42,469 nt of DNA from Candidatus Woesearchaeota archaeon (GTDB lineage Archaea; Nanobdellota; Nanobdellia; Woesearchaeales; CG1-02-33-12). Positions 26,301 to 35,322 of this stretch are shown piece by piece. The notes under the pieces were generated by a model, which was not told where the DNA came from, searched no databases, and worked only from the letters and a program-made list of their open reading frames with translations. The DNA is taken from positions 1-42,469 of the forward strand of contig JAFCCI010000005.1 of the NCBI GenBank assembly GCA_017610275.1, given 5' to 3'. The number at the start of each line of letters is the position of its first letter. The first letter of the stretch is position 1. The position numbers were made by a program, and so were the translations under genes.

Positions 26301-27026
26301 ATGTACTTAAGCACTTTCAAAAGGAAAAAAAAGAAACCTAATAGGCTTGAACTGGTAAAAAACAATACCTTTAAAAGAATTTATTCATTTAGAAAACATT
26401 TTTCTAAAAAAAACAGAGAAGACAATTTCATCCAGTTTTTTCATATTGTGAAGCTTTTTTTTGCTGAATTATTTAAGATTAGGTATGAATTTACATTTGA
26501 GGAATTAAATAAGGAACTGGAAAGAAAAAGGATAGATGAAAATCTGAAAGAACGAATTACTTTTTTTTTAAAAAAAGTGTCTGTTGTTGAATATAGTAAT
26601 GAAACCCTGTCTGAGCAGGAACTTAAGAAACTATTAAGTGATTTTTTAAAATTATTTGAAAAACTGACATTTAATGAAGAAAAAGTTAAGGAAACAAGAC
26701 TTTGTAAAATATTAAGGATTCTTAAAGTTAAGAGAATATCAACACACAAAAAAGAGAGGGTGAAAAAACAAAATGCTTTGTTAGTCCTGATGCAGCATAT
26801 ATCACCCAAACTTAAGATAAATCTTGAAAAAAGCAGGCTAGAGCAGATACATAATATGCTTATTAAGGCATTGGATATGCTAAATAACAATGAGATTCAA
26901 AAGAGCAAGCAGTTGTATGTAAAGATTAAAGAAAATTATAATCATCTAAAAATTGAAAATAAAAAAGAAATTTATGATGATATTCTTTTCTTATACAAAG
27001 AACTTGTTCCTAATAACAAGAATTAA
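26301..27026 (+). CDS. Soluble helical protein homologous to the cytoplasmic tail of the 1009-aa surface protein (unknown function)
   Basis: 241 aa, K/E-rich. 'FFAELFKIRYEFTFEELNKELERKRI...ITFFLKKVSVVEYS' aligns with 'FLSDLLKIEYEFTYEEFCKEIEKHKI...ITFFRKISEISYK' of 31218-34247. The C-terminal 'QLYVKIKENYNHL...KKEIYDDILFLYKEL' aligns with 'LAYIRIKELYEEL...KRKIYKKIVWLYNKI'. Confidence 0.6.
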   Translation: MYLSTFKRKKKKPNRLELVKNNTFKRIYSFRKHFSKKNREDNFIQFFHIVKLFFAELFKIRYEFTFEELNKELERKRIDENLKERITFFLKKVSVVEYSNETLSEQELKKLLSDFLKLFEKLTFNEEKVKETRLCKILRILKVKRISTHKKERVKKQNALLVLMQHISPKLKINLEKSRLEQIHNMLIKALDMLNNNEIQKSKQLYVKIKENYNHLKIENKKEIYDDILFLYKELVPNNKN

Positions 27027-30000
27027 TACATTTTCTTATGTTTTCTCTTTGATCCATTATGGGTAATCAAATAAAGCAGTAATATTATGATAAACAATAT
27101 TCCTATGCCTGCTGCAATAAGCCTTGTTTGTTTTTTCTGAGTTTCCTCATAAGTTGGCTCTTCTATTATTGGCTCTTTTGCAGTTATTAGATATCTGCAT
27201 GTATCAACAACTGACTGAATCAATAATTGTGCTCTTTTATAGTCTGATTTTGATATTAATTTTTGTGCATCTACAAGCTGCTCATTAAGTTCCAGGCATT
27301 CAGGATTTTCCTCAAGCAGATCCCTTGTGAATGCTATTTTGGTTTCAAATTCTTTCTGGCTCCATTGGCCAAGTTCTATTGAGCTCATGAAGAATTTAGC
27401 AGAATCATTAAACTCAGGGTCTTTTATGTCTGCAAACACAACAACCTCATATGAGCCCAATGCAGTATAAGATTCTATAATAAGGTTTGTTTTTACAGAT
27501 GTCTTTTTTTCTATTGTTTCAAAATAATCTTTTGTGAATCTTAGCTTAATAACACTGCTGTTGACAGAAGCTGTTAAACTTACTTCTTTTAAAGTTATGT
27601 CTCCATAATTATTTAGTGTTATTGGGGCAATAACTGTGTTATTTTTATACATTGTCATTGTTAAAGGAGTTATAAGATTAAATGAATATGGCTTTTCTAC
27701 CTCCACTTTTTTTGTCTTGATTACTATTGTTGATGATCCGCCACCTCCACTAACAATAATTGTTGGACCTGGTGTTATACCTTCATATTCTACAAATGTT
27801 AAGATTATATCATTACTTCTTGTTGTGTTGTAACTATCATTCATTATGAAATATATTGTTTCTGAACCATACCAATCACTTTTAGGCGTGAGTGCAACTT
27901 TATGCGTATCATTTCCTATTGAAATATCAATATTTGAATTCCCACGTACATTATAGGTTATTGTGTCATCTGTGTCAAAATCATGAAAGTAATCATCAAG
28001 GTCTATCCAATTGACATATATTGTGTTTTCATTTCCTGTGAAATCAGATATAATATAATTTACACTTACATCATGCAATGCTGGTGTTGTAAGGGTGTTT
28101 GTTGTGGATAAATTTGCCAGGTATTGTATATATTGATAATCCCCTGATTCAATTAATGAATCATTAACATAATCAGAACTCCAGCTTGCATTATTTAATC
28201 CAACTTCTGTAAAAGCAGTTTTTGTCTGCAGTGTTATGTTAGCTCCTGCAGGCATTGTTGTGCTAAAATTAATATAAGTTATGTTCATGTTATCCTCAGC
28301 CAGGAGATTTATTACTGAGGATATGAAATTCCCTTGCGAATAATAATTAGTTGAATTCTGATTATCAAGTATTATGTCTCCGCTTTGGGTGGTTATACTT
28401 GTGTTGCTTTTTATTCCAGGGCTGAAATCAGTTTTAGTTGTTTGTGTTACTATTCCAAAGCTTGGCAGCCTATTTGTGTTATTCACACTAACATTCCAGG
28501 TTATGCTGTCTGTTTCATTGGAGTTATCAGAAACTATTACTGTTATGTTACGCTGCCCAGCTGCTGTAAAATCAGGCTCATAAAGCCACGACTGGTTTGA
28601 TGACTGGTTAACAGAATCCAAATACCATGTATATGTCAGACTATCTCCATGAATCAAATCATCATCAGTTGCTGTTACATTAAACTGCAATGATAAGTTT
28701 TCTGCTGTGTTTGGTATTAAGTTAAGAGGGATATAAGATGTTATGTTAGGTGGGCTATTGAGGTTTAGTATTGTAAGGATTATAACTCCCCATGTTACAC
28801 TATTGCTATCATTTACTGAAATATTTATTGAATAATTTCCAACATCATCATTTGTGGGAGTAAAGTTAATAAATCCTGTTAAAGAACTTATATTAAATAA
28901 GGTACTGTTATCGCTGAATGTTAATGGATCATTTTCCTCATCTGTTGCATTAATATCATAAAAAAATAATATATCCTCTGTTGCTGTCTGATTTTCAAGT
29001 GGAGGGTCAAAATAAGGGGGATCATTTATTTCAGTGATATTTAACCAGAATGTTGCTGATGCTGTTCCATTATCCCCATCACTCACATTAATTTTTATGC
29101 TGTAAAGCCCTATCTGGCTCACATTTGGAGTAAAGTTAATAAACCCTGTTGAGGGGTTAATATCAAACAAAGTTGTATTATCGCTGAAGGTTAATGGATC
29201 TCCATCAGGATCAGATGCATTTATTGTTAAGTTGAATTCTAAATCTTCTGTTGCACTCTGGTTACCTATTGGATCAATTACTGGAGCCCTGTTTTGTGTA
29301 ACAGTAAATACTACTATTTCATAATCTATTTTCGGTATGGTAGCATCATCTGTAACAGAAATATTAATTGTGTAAACTCCTGCCTGGCTTTCATTTGGTG
29401 TAAATTCAATAAGCCCTGTTGATGGATTAATCTCAAACAAAGTTGTATTATCACTCAAGGTTAAGGTATCTCCAGTGTCAAGATCTGTTGCATTAACCTT
29501 CAAGCTAAATGTTTTATTTATCTTGATTATTCTATTTCCTATTGGGTCTAAAATAGGGGGGTTATTAATATCTAATATCTCGAGCACAAATGTTGTTGAG
29601 TCTGTTGCACCTTTTTCATCTGTTGCTGTAACAAGAATAGTATGATTTCCTTTGTCTTCATCAAGCGGTGTAAAGCTGAATTTTGCAGCTGTTTCATTAA
29701 TTTTGACAGAAGTTAACATTTTATCATAATTGCTTGAGAATGTAAGGTTATCACCATCCAGGTCAGAACCTGTAACTATCAACTCAAATAAGGTATTTTC
29801 TTCACCTGTCTTGTTAGTTATTGGGTCAATAACCGGAGCTGTATTATTGAGTATTGTAAGATTTAAAGTAGTAGAGGAATTAGCCATTCCATCGCCTACA
29901 GTGATATTTATTATATAATTACCAATATTATCCCTTGTTGGAGTAAAGTTAATAAACCCTGTTGAGTAAGTAATATTAAACAAGCTTGTGTTATCATAAT

Positions 30001-31210
30001 ATATTAAGGGATCATTATCTGGATCAGATGCAACCACCTGATAGCTAAAGACAGCATAAGCATATGCCTGTCGATTTGGAATTGGGTATATTATTGGAGG
30101 GTCCTGGACATTAGTTACATTTAATATTAGATTATTGCTGTCAGCTGTTACATAACTATCATTTATTGTGAAACATATTTCCTCAACACCAAACCAATTT
30201 GAGTCAGGATAAAAGCTTACATTATGGGGGGTTGGTGATTCTATGTTTATTGCTATGTTTGTGTTGCCTGTTGATGAAAAACTTGGATTGTCGCCACACT
30301 CACTGTAATCAGGATCATAAAAATAATCATCTAAGCTTATATTATTTATTAAATTATTATCTTCTTCCCATGTTATATTACCTATTGTTCCATTCCAGAT
30401 AGGATCTCTGTTGACATTTATTATGCTTAGATTCCATGTTATATTCTCTGTTTCATTTTCTATGTCACTTACTTCAAGGGTTATATTTCTATGAATAGGC
30501 TCGCAAAATCCTGTTATAAAGTTCAATGAGCCAGAAGTTTCATTAACTGTTGTTGAATTAACAACCCCATCAACAATCCACCTTGCAGTTAAAACATCAC
30601 CATACAGCAAATCAGGGTCTGTTGCATTATACCAAAATGAGAAACCAACAGTATTGTTTTCTGTTGTTTCTGGAGTTAAGTTTATTGGAGTGTAATTTAG
30701 TATTTGTGGAGGATCATTAACATTTGCCACACTGAAAACAACATTTTCTGTTACAGGGTCATTAGTTCCATCTTCAATACTAATACCCACTGTATGGTTA
30801 CCCACATCAATATTTGTTGGTGTAAAAGAAATAAATCCACTACCATTCATTTCAAATACAGGCCAATTAACTTCTGGAGATTCTGAATTATCTGTAAAAG
30901 TAATTGTATCATTATCAGGATCAGATGCATTTATCTGAACCTCAAAAAGCTGGTCTTGTGTTAGATTATAATCCGGAGGGCTCGGATTAAAATAAGGGGG
31001 GCCAATGTCAAAGATTGTGGCAAATCCAGTTATACTTGGTCTTAAGAAAAAATTTGCAAAATTATTTGTGCCTATACTAATCTCGTTGATAAAATGCTCA
31101 ATCCCTCCTTCATTTATTAGGCTAACAGAGTATACAACACTAATTACTAAAAACATAATAACTATTGACTTCAACTGTTTCTTATTTATCTCTTTTTTTG
31201 GTCTTATCAT
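27023..31210 (-). CDS. Giant surface adhesin-like protein with tandem cadherin-like/Ig-like domains and a C-terminal TM anchor
   Basis: 1395 aa. It has an N-terminal TM/signal. At least 6 units follow of the form 'PP..DPI.N....E...F...INA.DPD.D.LTFSDNT.LF.I...TG.I.FTP.....G.Y.I.I.V.D'. There are two 'Y.W..D'-type domains, two 'DLDDYF.D.D' domains and about 70 N-x-S/T sequons (eye count). The C-terminus is 'LIAAGIGILFIIILLLYLITH' plus 'KRKHKK'. Confidence 0.8.
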   Translation of the reverse strand: MIRPKKEINKKQLKSIVIMFLVISVVYSVSLINEGGIEHFINEISIGTNNFANFFLRPSITGFATIFDIGPPYFNPSPPDYNLTQDQLFEVQINASDPDNDTITFTDNSESPEVNWPVFEMNGSGFISFTPTNIDVGNHTVGISIEDGTNDPVTENVVFSVANVNDPPQILNYTPINLTPETTENNTVGFSFWYNATDPDLLYGDVLTARWIVDGVVNSTTVNETSGSLNFITGFCEPIHRNITLEVSDIENETENITWNLSIINVNRDPIWNGTIGNITWEEDNNLINNISLDDYFYDPDYSECGDNPSFSSTGNTNIAINIESPTPHNVSFYPDSNWFGVEEICFTINDSYVTADSNNLILNVTNVQDPPIIYPIPNRQAYAYAVFSYQVVASDPDNDPLIYYDNTSLFNITYSTGFINFTPTRDNIGNYIINITVGDGMANSSTTLNLTILNNTAPVIDPITNKTGEENTLFELIVTGSDLDGDNLTFSSNYDKMLTSVKINETAAKFSFTPLDEDKGNHTILVTATDEKGATDSTTFVLEILDINNPPILDPIGNRIIKINKTFSLKVNATDLDTGDTLTLSDNTTLFEINPSTGLIEFTPNESQAGVYTINISVTDDATIPKIDYEIVVFTVTQNRAPVIDPIGNQSATEDLEFNLTINASDPDGDPLTFSDNTTLFDINPSTGFINFTPNVSQIGLYSIKINVSDGDNGTASATFWLNITEINDPPYFDPPLENQTATEDILFFYDINATDEENDPLTFSDNSTLFNISSLTGFINFTPTNDDVGNYSINISVNDSNSVTWGVIILTILNLNSPPNITSYIPLNLIPNTAENLSLQFNVTATDDDLIHGDSLTYTWYLDSVNQSSNQSWLYEPDFTAAGQRNITVIVSDNSNETDSITWNVSVNNTNRLPSFGIVTQTTKTDFSPGIKSNTSITTQSGDIILDNQNSTNYYSQGNFISSVINLLAEDNMNITYINFSTTMPAGANITLQTKTAFTEVGLNNASWSSDYVNDSLIESGDYQYIQYLANLSTTNTLTTPALHDVSVNYIISDFTGNENTIYVNWIDLDDYFHDFDTDDTITYNVRGNSNIDISIGNDTHKVALTPKSDWYGSETIYFIMNDSYNTTRSNDIILTFVEYEGITPGPTIIVSGGGGSSTIVIKTKKVEVEKPYSFNLITPLTMTMYKNNTVIAPITLNNYGDITLKEVSLTASVNSSVIKLRFTKDYFETIEKKTSVKTNLIIESYTALGSYEVVVFADIKDPEFNDSAKFFMSSIELGQWSQKEFETKIAFTRDLLEENPECLELNEQLVDAQKLISKSDYKRAQLLIQSVVDTCRYLITAKEPIIEEPTYEETQKKQTRLIAAGIGILFIIILLLYLITHNGSKRKHKKMY
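28480..31010 (-). repeat. In-frame tandem coding repeats (~270-285 nt units) encoding cadherin-like/Ig-like domains
   Basis: The stretch 'caaacaaagttgtattatc' is identical at 29164 and 29434 (270-nt period). A degraded relative lies near 28890-28915 ('aaataaggtactgttatcgctgaatgttaatggatc'). Matching protein motifs are 'DPD.D.LTFSDNT.LF.I...TGFINFTP'. Confidence 0.75.
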
Positions 31211-31217
31211 TTTTTAT

Positions 31218-34200
31218 TTAATTTACTTTAACTTTATCCAATGCTCCTTCCTTTATTTTATTGTATAACCAGACAATTTTTTTATAGATTTTTCTTTTTT
31301 CCTTGACAGGCAACTCTTCATAAAGCTCTTTTATTCTGATATACGCAAGTTTTGCAGAATCAATATCTGATTCCCTTATTGATTTTTTTGATTTAATTAA
31401 ATCCTTATATACCTCCAGCATTAAATTGGATTCTTTTTTAATCTTCTGTTTTTTCTTTAGTTTAGTTTTCTTTGGCTCTTCTTTTTCTGTTTTGCCTTCT
31501 AAATATTCCTCTGAGCCAAGCTTGACTATAATCCTTGCTTCTTTAACCATCTCCCTTAATTCTGGCTTCTCCATCTTATAACCCTTGTAGCTTATTTCAG
31601 ATATTTTTCTGAAAAAAGTTATAAGCATTATCCTTAATGGAGTTGAAATTTTATGTTTTTCTATCTCTTTGCAGAACTCTTCATATGTGAACTCATATTC
31701 TATCTTTAGCAAATCACTTAGGAAGTCCCTGACTATTCTGACAAATTCTTTTGAAAGTTCATCTATAGGTTTTTTATCAATACTCTTTTCAAGCTTGTCT
31801 AACCTTAATAATATTGATTCCCTTTCTTTTAATTCCTCTGGCACCTCTTTCTTCCTTTTCTTAAATAAAACAATAAAAGGCACAAATTTCATCAATATCT
31901 TTGCAATAAAAGGCTGATAATATTTATGATACTTAATTATAACAAACATTATTGCTAAAATAAGTAGTATTATCAATAGGATGGTTGGCCATATAGCTTT
32001 TTTAACAACAGCAGGAATCTCTATTTTTTTGCAAGCAGGACATGGACCCCCACAATCTATTTTTTCTTCACACAAGCCATGATGGCAATTCTTTATTTTA
32101 TCAGAGCAACTTGGGCATGGGGGGCAAGGTCCTCCACAATCAATATCTTCCTCGCCTTGGTTCTGTATGCCATCAAAGCATGTTTTGCATACAAGACGAC
32201 AAGGTCCTCCACAGTCAATGCCCTCCTCTCCCTGGTTTTGTATTCCATCAAAGCAGGTTGGGCATGGAGGGCATGGACCACCGCAATCTACACCAGTTTC
32301 ACATGAATTATCATGGCAATTTTTTATAAGATCAAGGCAGGTTCCAACATATTCGCATGGCCTGCTTTCAAATGGTTTCCTAAACTCTGTTCCGCACTCT
32401 GCAAGGTCTATGCATTTTCTTATTTGTATTCCTGATGGAAGACATTTTCCCCATTCAGTGCATTCCCATAATTCCTCGCAGATTATTCTTGTTCCTCCAC
32501 CACCACCTCCACCACCAGAAGGAGGAGGAGGTTCTGGAACATCTATCACAAAGAGATAAACTATATTACTTTCTGTTATTGCTCCACTTGGGTCATGGGC
32601 ATAAAACTTTACTGTCCTGTTGCCATAAAAGTTTGCCTGTGGAGTGTAAGTAATAATATTTGTTAAGGGGTCTATTGTGATATCAATATTAGGAACTTTT
32701 ATACTTGTATATGTTAATATTTCTCCATCAGGATCCATAAAATAATCATCAAGGTCACGCCCAGTAAGTATTGTATCTTCATTCCATGTTTCATTTGGCA
32801 TAATTGAGATTAAAACAGGTGCCCTATTTGTTATTATGAAATTATCTGTTTGACCAACAATTCCGAGGTCATGAGAAAAATTATTATAGAAAAAATTAGA
32901 GGCATTACAGAAAACAAGGTAATCAAAAGTTCCTGGCGAACTAAATGACCTAGTGTACTCATATAATAAAGAACTATAATTAAATTTCATATCAACAGGG
33001 AGGGAAAAACTATCTAAACTAAATTTGGTGCCGCTGTAAGGTGAGTAATAACTATCCATAAAATAATTAAATATAATATAATCAAGGGGAGCTGAATAAT
33101 TGTTTAAATTAAATCTGATATTACAATACCCTACGGTGTCATTCATGACATAACCATAAGCAGTATCAGTAAGATTGGCAAAAAATGTTACATTTTCATT
33201 TACATATATTGTATTATTATCTGTCTGATCCCATGTCTTTAACCTTAATGTTGCATTTTCAGCAGCAGAATATGCCTGCCAAGGATTAAAATATGGTACT
33301 TCAAATACAACATCCCCATTAGAATAACTTAAGACTACACACTCATCACTTGGGCATGTTATCCCCCCTCTTTTTATTTTTGGCTGTACTAAATTTATGT
33401 TATTTAAAGTTAATATTGCAGGCTGGTCTAAACATGGTACATTATGTTTACGGGGATCAATTCTAATATAATTATAATCTATATAAACATTTGAATCAAG
33501 GTCTGCATCGTCAAAATTAACTGGCGAATATGCGAAATTTATTAATCCTTTATCTGGAAGACCAATTGTTGCATCTTCTATTGCTGTCCAGTCTCCTAAT
33601 TCTAAAGGATTTTCAAATTCTGAAAAATTAGTAGTTAGGCTATTCTTGAAATTATCCCATTTTGGCTCAACATCAATATGATTAATTGAAAAACGTGAGT
33701 CAGATATACCATAGCCCAGTTTTCCACAAGTATTATTGCTGTATGCCTTAACAAATATTTGGTAAATACAATTTCCATCACTTGCATTTGTAGAGTTCCA
33801 ACTATGGTTATAATATTTATCACTGCCATCTGTATCATTTCCAATAAATGACCCATACCACCACTCTCCTTCACCATCCTCTACCCATGCATCATATAGT
33901 GCATTTGCATAGTAAAATGATAGTTTAATATACTCTTTATCATGCCTTTTTTCTGAAGTTGCCTTCACATCTATTATTCCATTTATAATCTCCCATCCAT
34001 TAGGGTAAATGTCTGTTACGTTTGGATTGCCATATCCTATACAAAGACGAATATGCGCCTGGTCTACCATACTCCCTGTTATTTTAATTGGAATTTTTGT
34101 ATGGTTATAAACAATTAAATTAAAGCATACAGATGCCAGCATAAATAATATTATCAGCAAAGCAATTATATTATTTGAGAGATGTTTTCTGCTCTTTATT

Positions 34201-34247
34201 TCTCTCCAGCTATTTTCTCTTTCCTTTTTTACTTTATTATTCTTCAT
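31218..34247 (-). CDS. Type-I-like surface protein: N-terminal TM, large ectodomain, P4-S-G8 linker, four Cys-rich 'DCGGPC' repeats, TM, conserved cytoplasmic tail
   Basis: 1009 aa. 'NETWNEDTILTGRDLDDYFMDPDGEILTY' domain, 'PEPPPPSGGGGGGGGT', repeats such as 'TCFDGIQNQGEEGIDCGGPCRLVC', TM 'IWPTILLIILLILAIMFVII', then a ~210-aa K/E-rich tail homologous to 26301-27026. Confidence 0.7.
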   Translation of the reverse strand: MKNNKVKKERENSWREIKSRKHLSNNIIALLIILFMLASVCFNLIVYNHTKIPIKITGSMVDQAHIRLCIGYGNPNVTDIYPNGWEIINGIIDVKATSEKRHDKEYIKLSFYYANALYDAWVEDGEGEWWYGSFIGNDTDGSDKYYNHSWNSTNASDGNCIYQIFVKAYSNNTCGKLGYGISDSRFSINHIDVEPKWDNFKNSLTTNFSEFENPLELGDWTAIEDATIGLPDKGLINFAYSPVNFDDADLDSNVYIDYNYIRIDPRKHNVPCLDQPAILTLNNINLVQPKIKRGGITCPSDECVVLSYSNGDVVFEVPYFNPWQAYSAAENATLRLKTWDQTDNNTIYVNENVTFFANLTDTAYGYVMNDTVGYCNIRFNLNNYSAPLDYIIFNYFMDSYYSPYSGTKFSLDSFSLPVDMKFNYSSLLYEYTRSFSSPGTFDYLVFCNASNFFYNNFSHDLGIVGQTDNFIITNRAPVLISIMPNETWNEDTILTGRDLDDYFMDPDGEILTYTSIKVPNIDITIDPLTNIITYTPQANFYGNRTVKFYAHDPSGAITESNIVYLFVIDVPEPPPPSGGGGGGGGTRIICEELWECTEWGKCLPSGIQIRKCIDLAECGTEFRKPFESRPCEYVGTCLDLIKNCHDNSCETGVDCGGPCPPCPTCFDGIQNQGEEGIDCGGPCRLVCKTCFDGIQNQGEEDIDCGGPCPPCPSCSDKIKNCHHGLCEEKIDCGGPCPACKKIEIPAVVKKAIWPTILLIILLILAIMFVIIKYHKYYQPFIAKILMKFVPFIVLFKKRKKEVPEELKERESILLRLDKLEKSIDKKPIDELSKEFVRIVRDFLSDLLKIEYEFTYEEFCKEIEKHKISTPLRIMLITFFRKISEISYKGYKMEKPELREMVKEARIIVKLGSEEYLEGKTEKEEPKKTKLKKKQKIKKESNLMLEVYKDLIKSKKSIRESDIDSAKLAYIRIKELYEELPVKEKRKIYKKIVWLYNKIKEGALDKVKVN
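32030..32340 (-). repeat. Four tandem ~26-28-codon Cys-rich repeats ending in 'DCGGPC..C'
   Basis: Units are 'TCLDLIKNCHDNSCETGVDCGGPCPPCP', 'TCFDGIQNQGEEGIDCGGPCRLVCK', 'TCFDGIQNQGEEDIDCGGPCPPCPS' and 'CSDKIKNCHHGLCEEKIDCGGPCPACK'. The two central units are near-identical at the DNA level. Confidence 0.8.
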
Positions 34248-34800
34248 TTATCCTCAGGAATTCTTGAATAAAGTATTCAACCTGCCATGTTTTCAAAAAT
34301 TCTTTTAATTCATCCAGCTTATTTATTGGAATCAGAACATTGTTTCTTCCAACAGCACTTCCATTTAATAAGTTCAGGAAGCCCCTTTGACCTTTCCTCC
34401 CCTTCAATGCATAACCAAAAAGTGTTTTTTTAGAATGGTTAAGTGTTTTCAGGTCATATGTTAATAGGATAAGGGTTTCTATATTAAGTGTTTTATTGAT
34501 AATCTTATTATTTTTTATGCTGAATCCATTTTGAATTAACCTTAAATAAAGTGTATCTTTAAATAAATCACCAGCCAGCAAGAATTTAATATCTGCTTTC
34601 ACTTGTTTTCTATTGAAAATATCTTTTACTTTAAGAAGAATATTCTTAGTATGGCTATTATTGTCTTTAAAGATTATTACCAAGCCAATCTTGCTTGTTT
34701 TTCCTTTTTTATCATATCCTAATAGAACTATATCAATAACCTCTTTTTCCCTGCAGATTTCCTTTAATTGCTTTATCTCTTTCCTGATATCTGAAAACAT
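34237..34800 (-). CDS. Hypothetical cytoplasmic protein (no signal peptide), embedded in the surface-protein operon
   Basis: 187-aa ORF that overlaps the downstream 1009-aa gene by 11 nt. No confident family assignment. Confidence 0.45.
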   Translation of the reverse strand: MFSDIRKEIKQLKEICREKEVIDIVLLGYDKKGKTSKIGLVIIFKDNNSHTKNILLKVKDIFNRKQVKADIKFLLAGDLFKDTLYLRLIQNGFSIKNNKIINKTLNIETLILLTYDLKTLNHSKKTLFGYALKGRKGQRGFLNLLNGSAVGRNNVLIPINKLDELKEFLKTWQVEYFIQEFLRINEE

Positions 34801-34893
34801 CTATTGTTTATTATCAACATAACTCATATATAAACCTTTTGTTGTTGATTATCAACTAAAAGATTTTTTAAATTTAGAATATTAAAAGAACAC

Positions 34894-35322
34894 TTAAATA
34901 ATCCTCTTAAAAACAAACCTTACTGTACCAGTATAGTTGCCATAGGCTGTATCTCTTGGAGCAGAGGCTGAGAATGACAGCTTTTTTTCCTCGTCTGGCT
35001 TGATAACAAAGTAATTGTCTGATACAGAGACAAATTCTGTAAGGTTGCCATCAAAATTAATATAAATCCTTAATGGATAATCTCTTTTATTTGATAAATT
35101 AATATACCTTATACATGAGTTGCTTGCCGGCTTAACCATTCCAAAGGCTAATCTTTCACCATCAACATCAAACCCTGCATGATCCCCTACTAAGAGAGAC
35201 ATATCAATTTCTTTTACATCTGCTATTATATAAAATGAGTAAAAAAGAATTGTAGCTGTTATACCTGTTAGTGTAATAATAAGCATTAAAATTATAAAAA
35301 TTTTTGTTTTCACTATAATCAC
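34894..35322 (-). CDS. Small secreted or membrane-anchored beta-sandwich-like protein
   Basis: 142 aa. N-terminal hydrophobic helix, then a beta-rich region ending 'GNYTGTVRFVFKR'. 4-nt overlap with the upstream gene. Confidence 0.5.
   Translation of the reverse strand: MIIVKTKIFIILMLIITLTGITATILFYSFYIIADVKEIDMSLLVGDHAGFDVDGERLAFGMVKPASNSCIRYINLSNKRDYPLRIYINFDGNLTEFVSVSDNYFVIKPDEEKKLSFSASAPRDTAYGNYTGTVRFVFKRII

Noticed and set aside
27023-31210. Regularly spaced DNA repeats as a possible CRISPR array or mobile-element repeats
   Set aside because: The repeats are in-frame protein-domain repeats of ~270-285 nt inside one continuous 1395-codon ORF. There are no short direct repeats with unique spacers, and no cas, transposase or integrase genes in the window.
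32042-32653. Cluster of overlapping ORFs on both strands (95, 75, 130 and 72 aa on plus; 62 aa at 32093-32281 on minus) opposite or out of frame with the Cys-rich and Gly-rich region
   Set aside because: They are mirror or off-frame readings of the GC-richer repetitive 'DCGGPC' and poly-Gly/Pro codons. Several frames are open simultaneously, which is what repeat composition produces, and the 1009-aa frame is continuous through the region.
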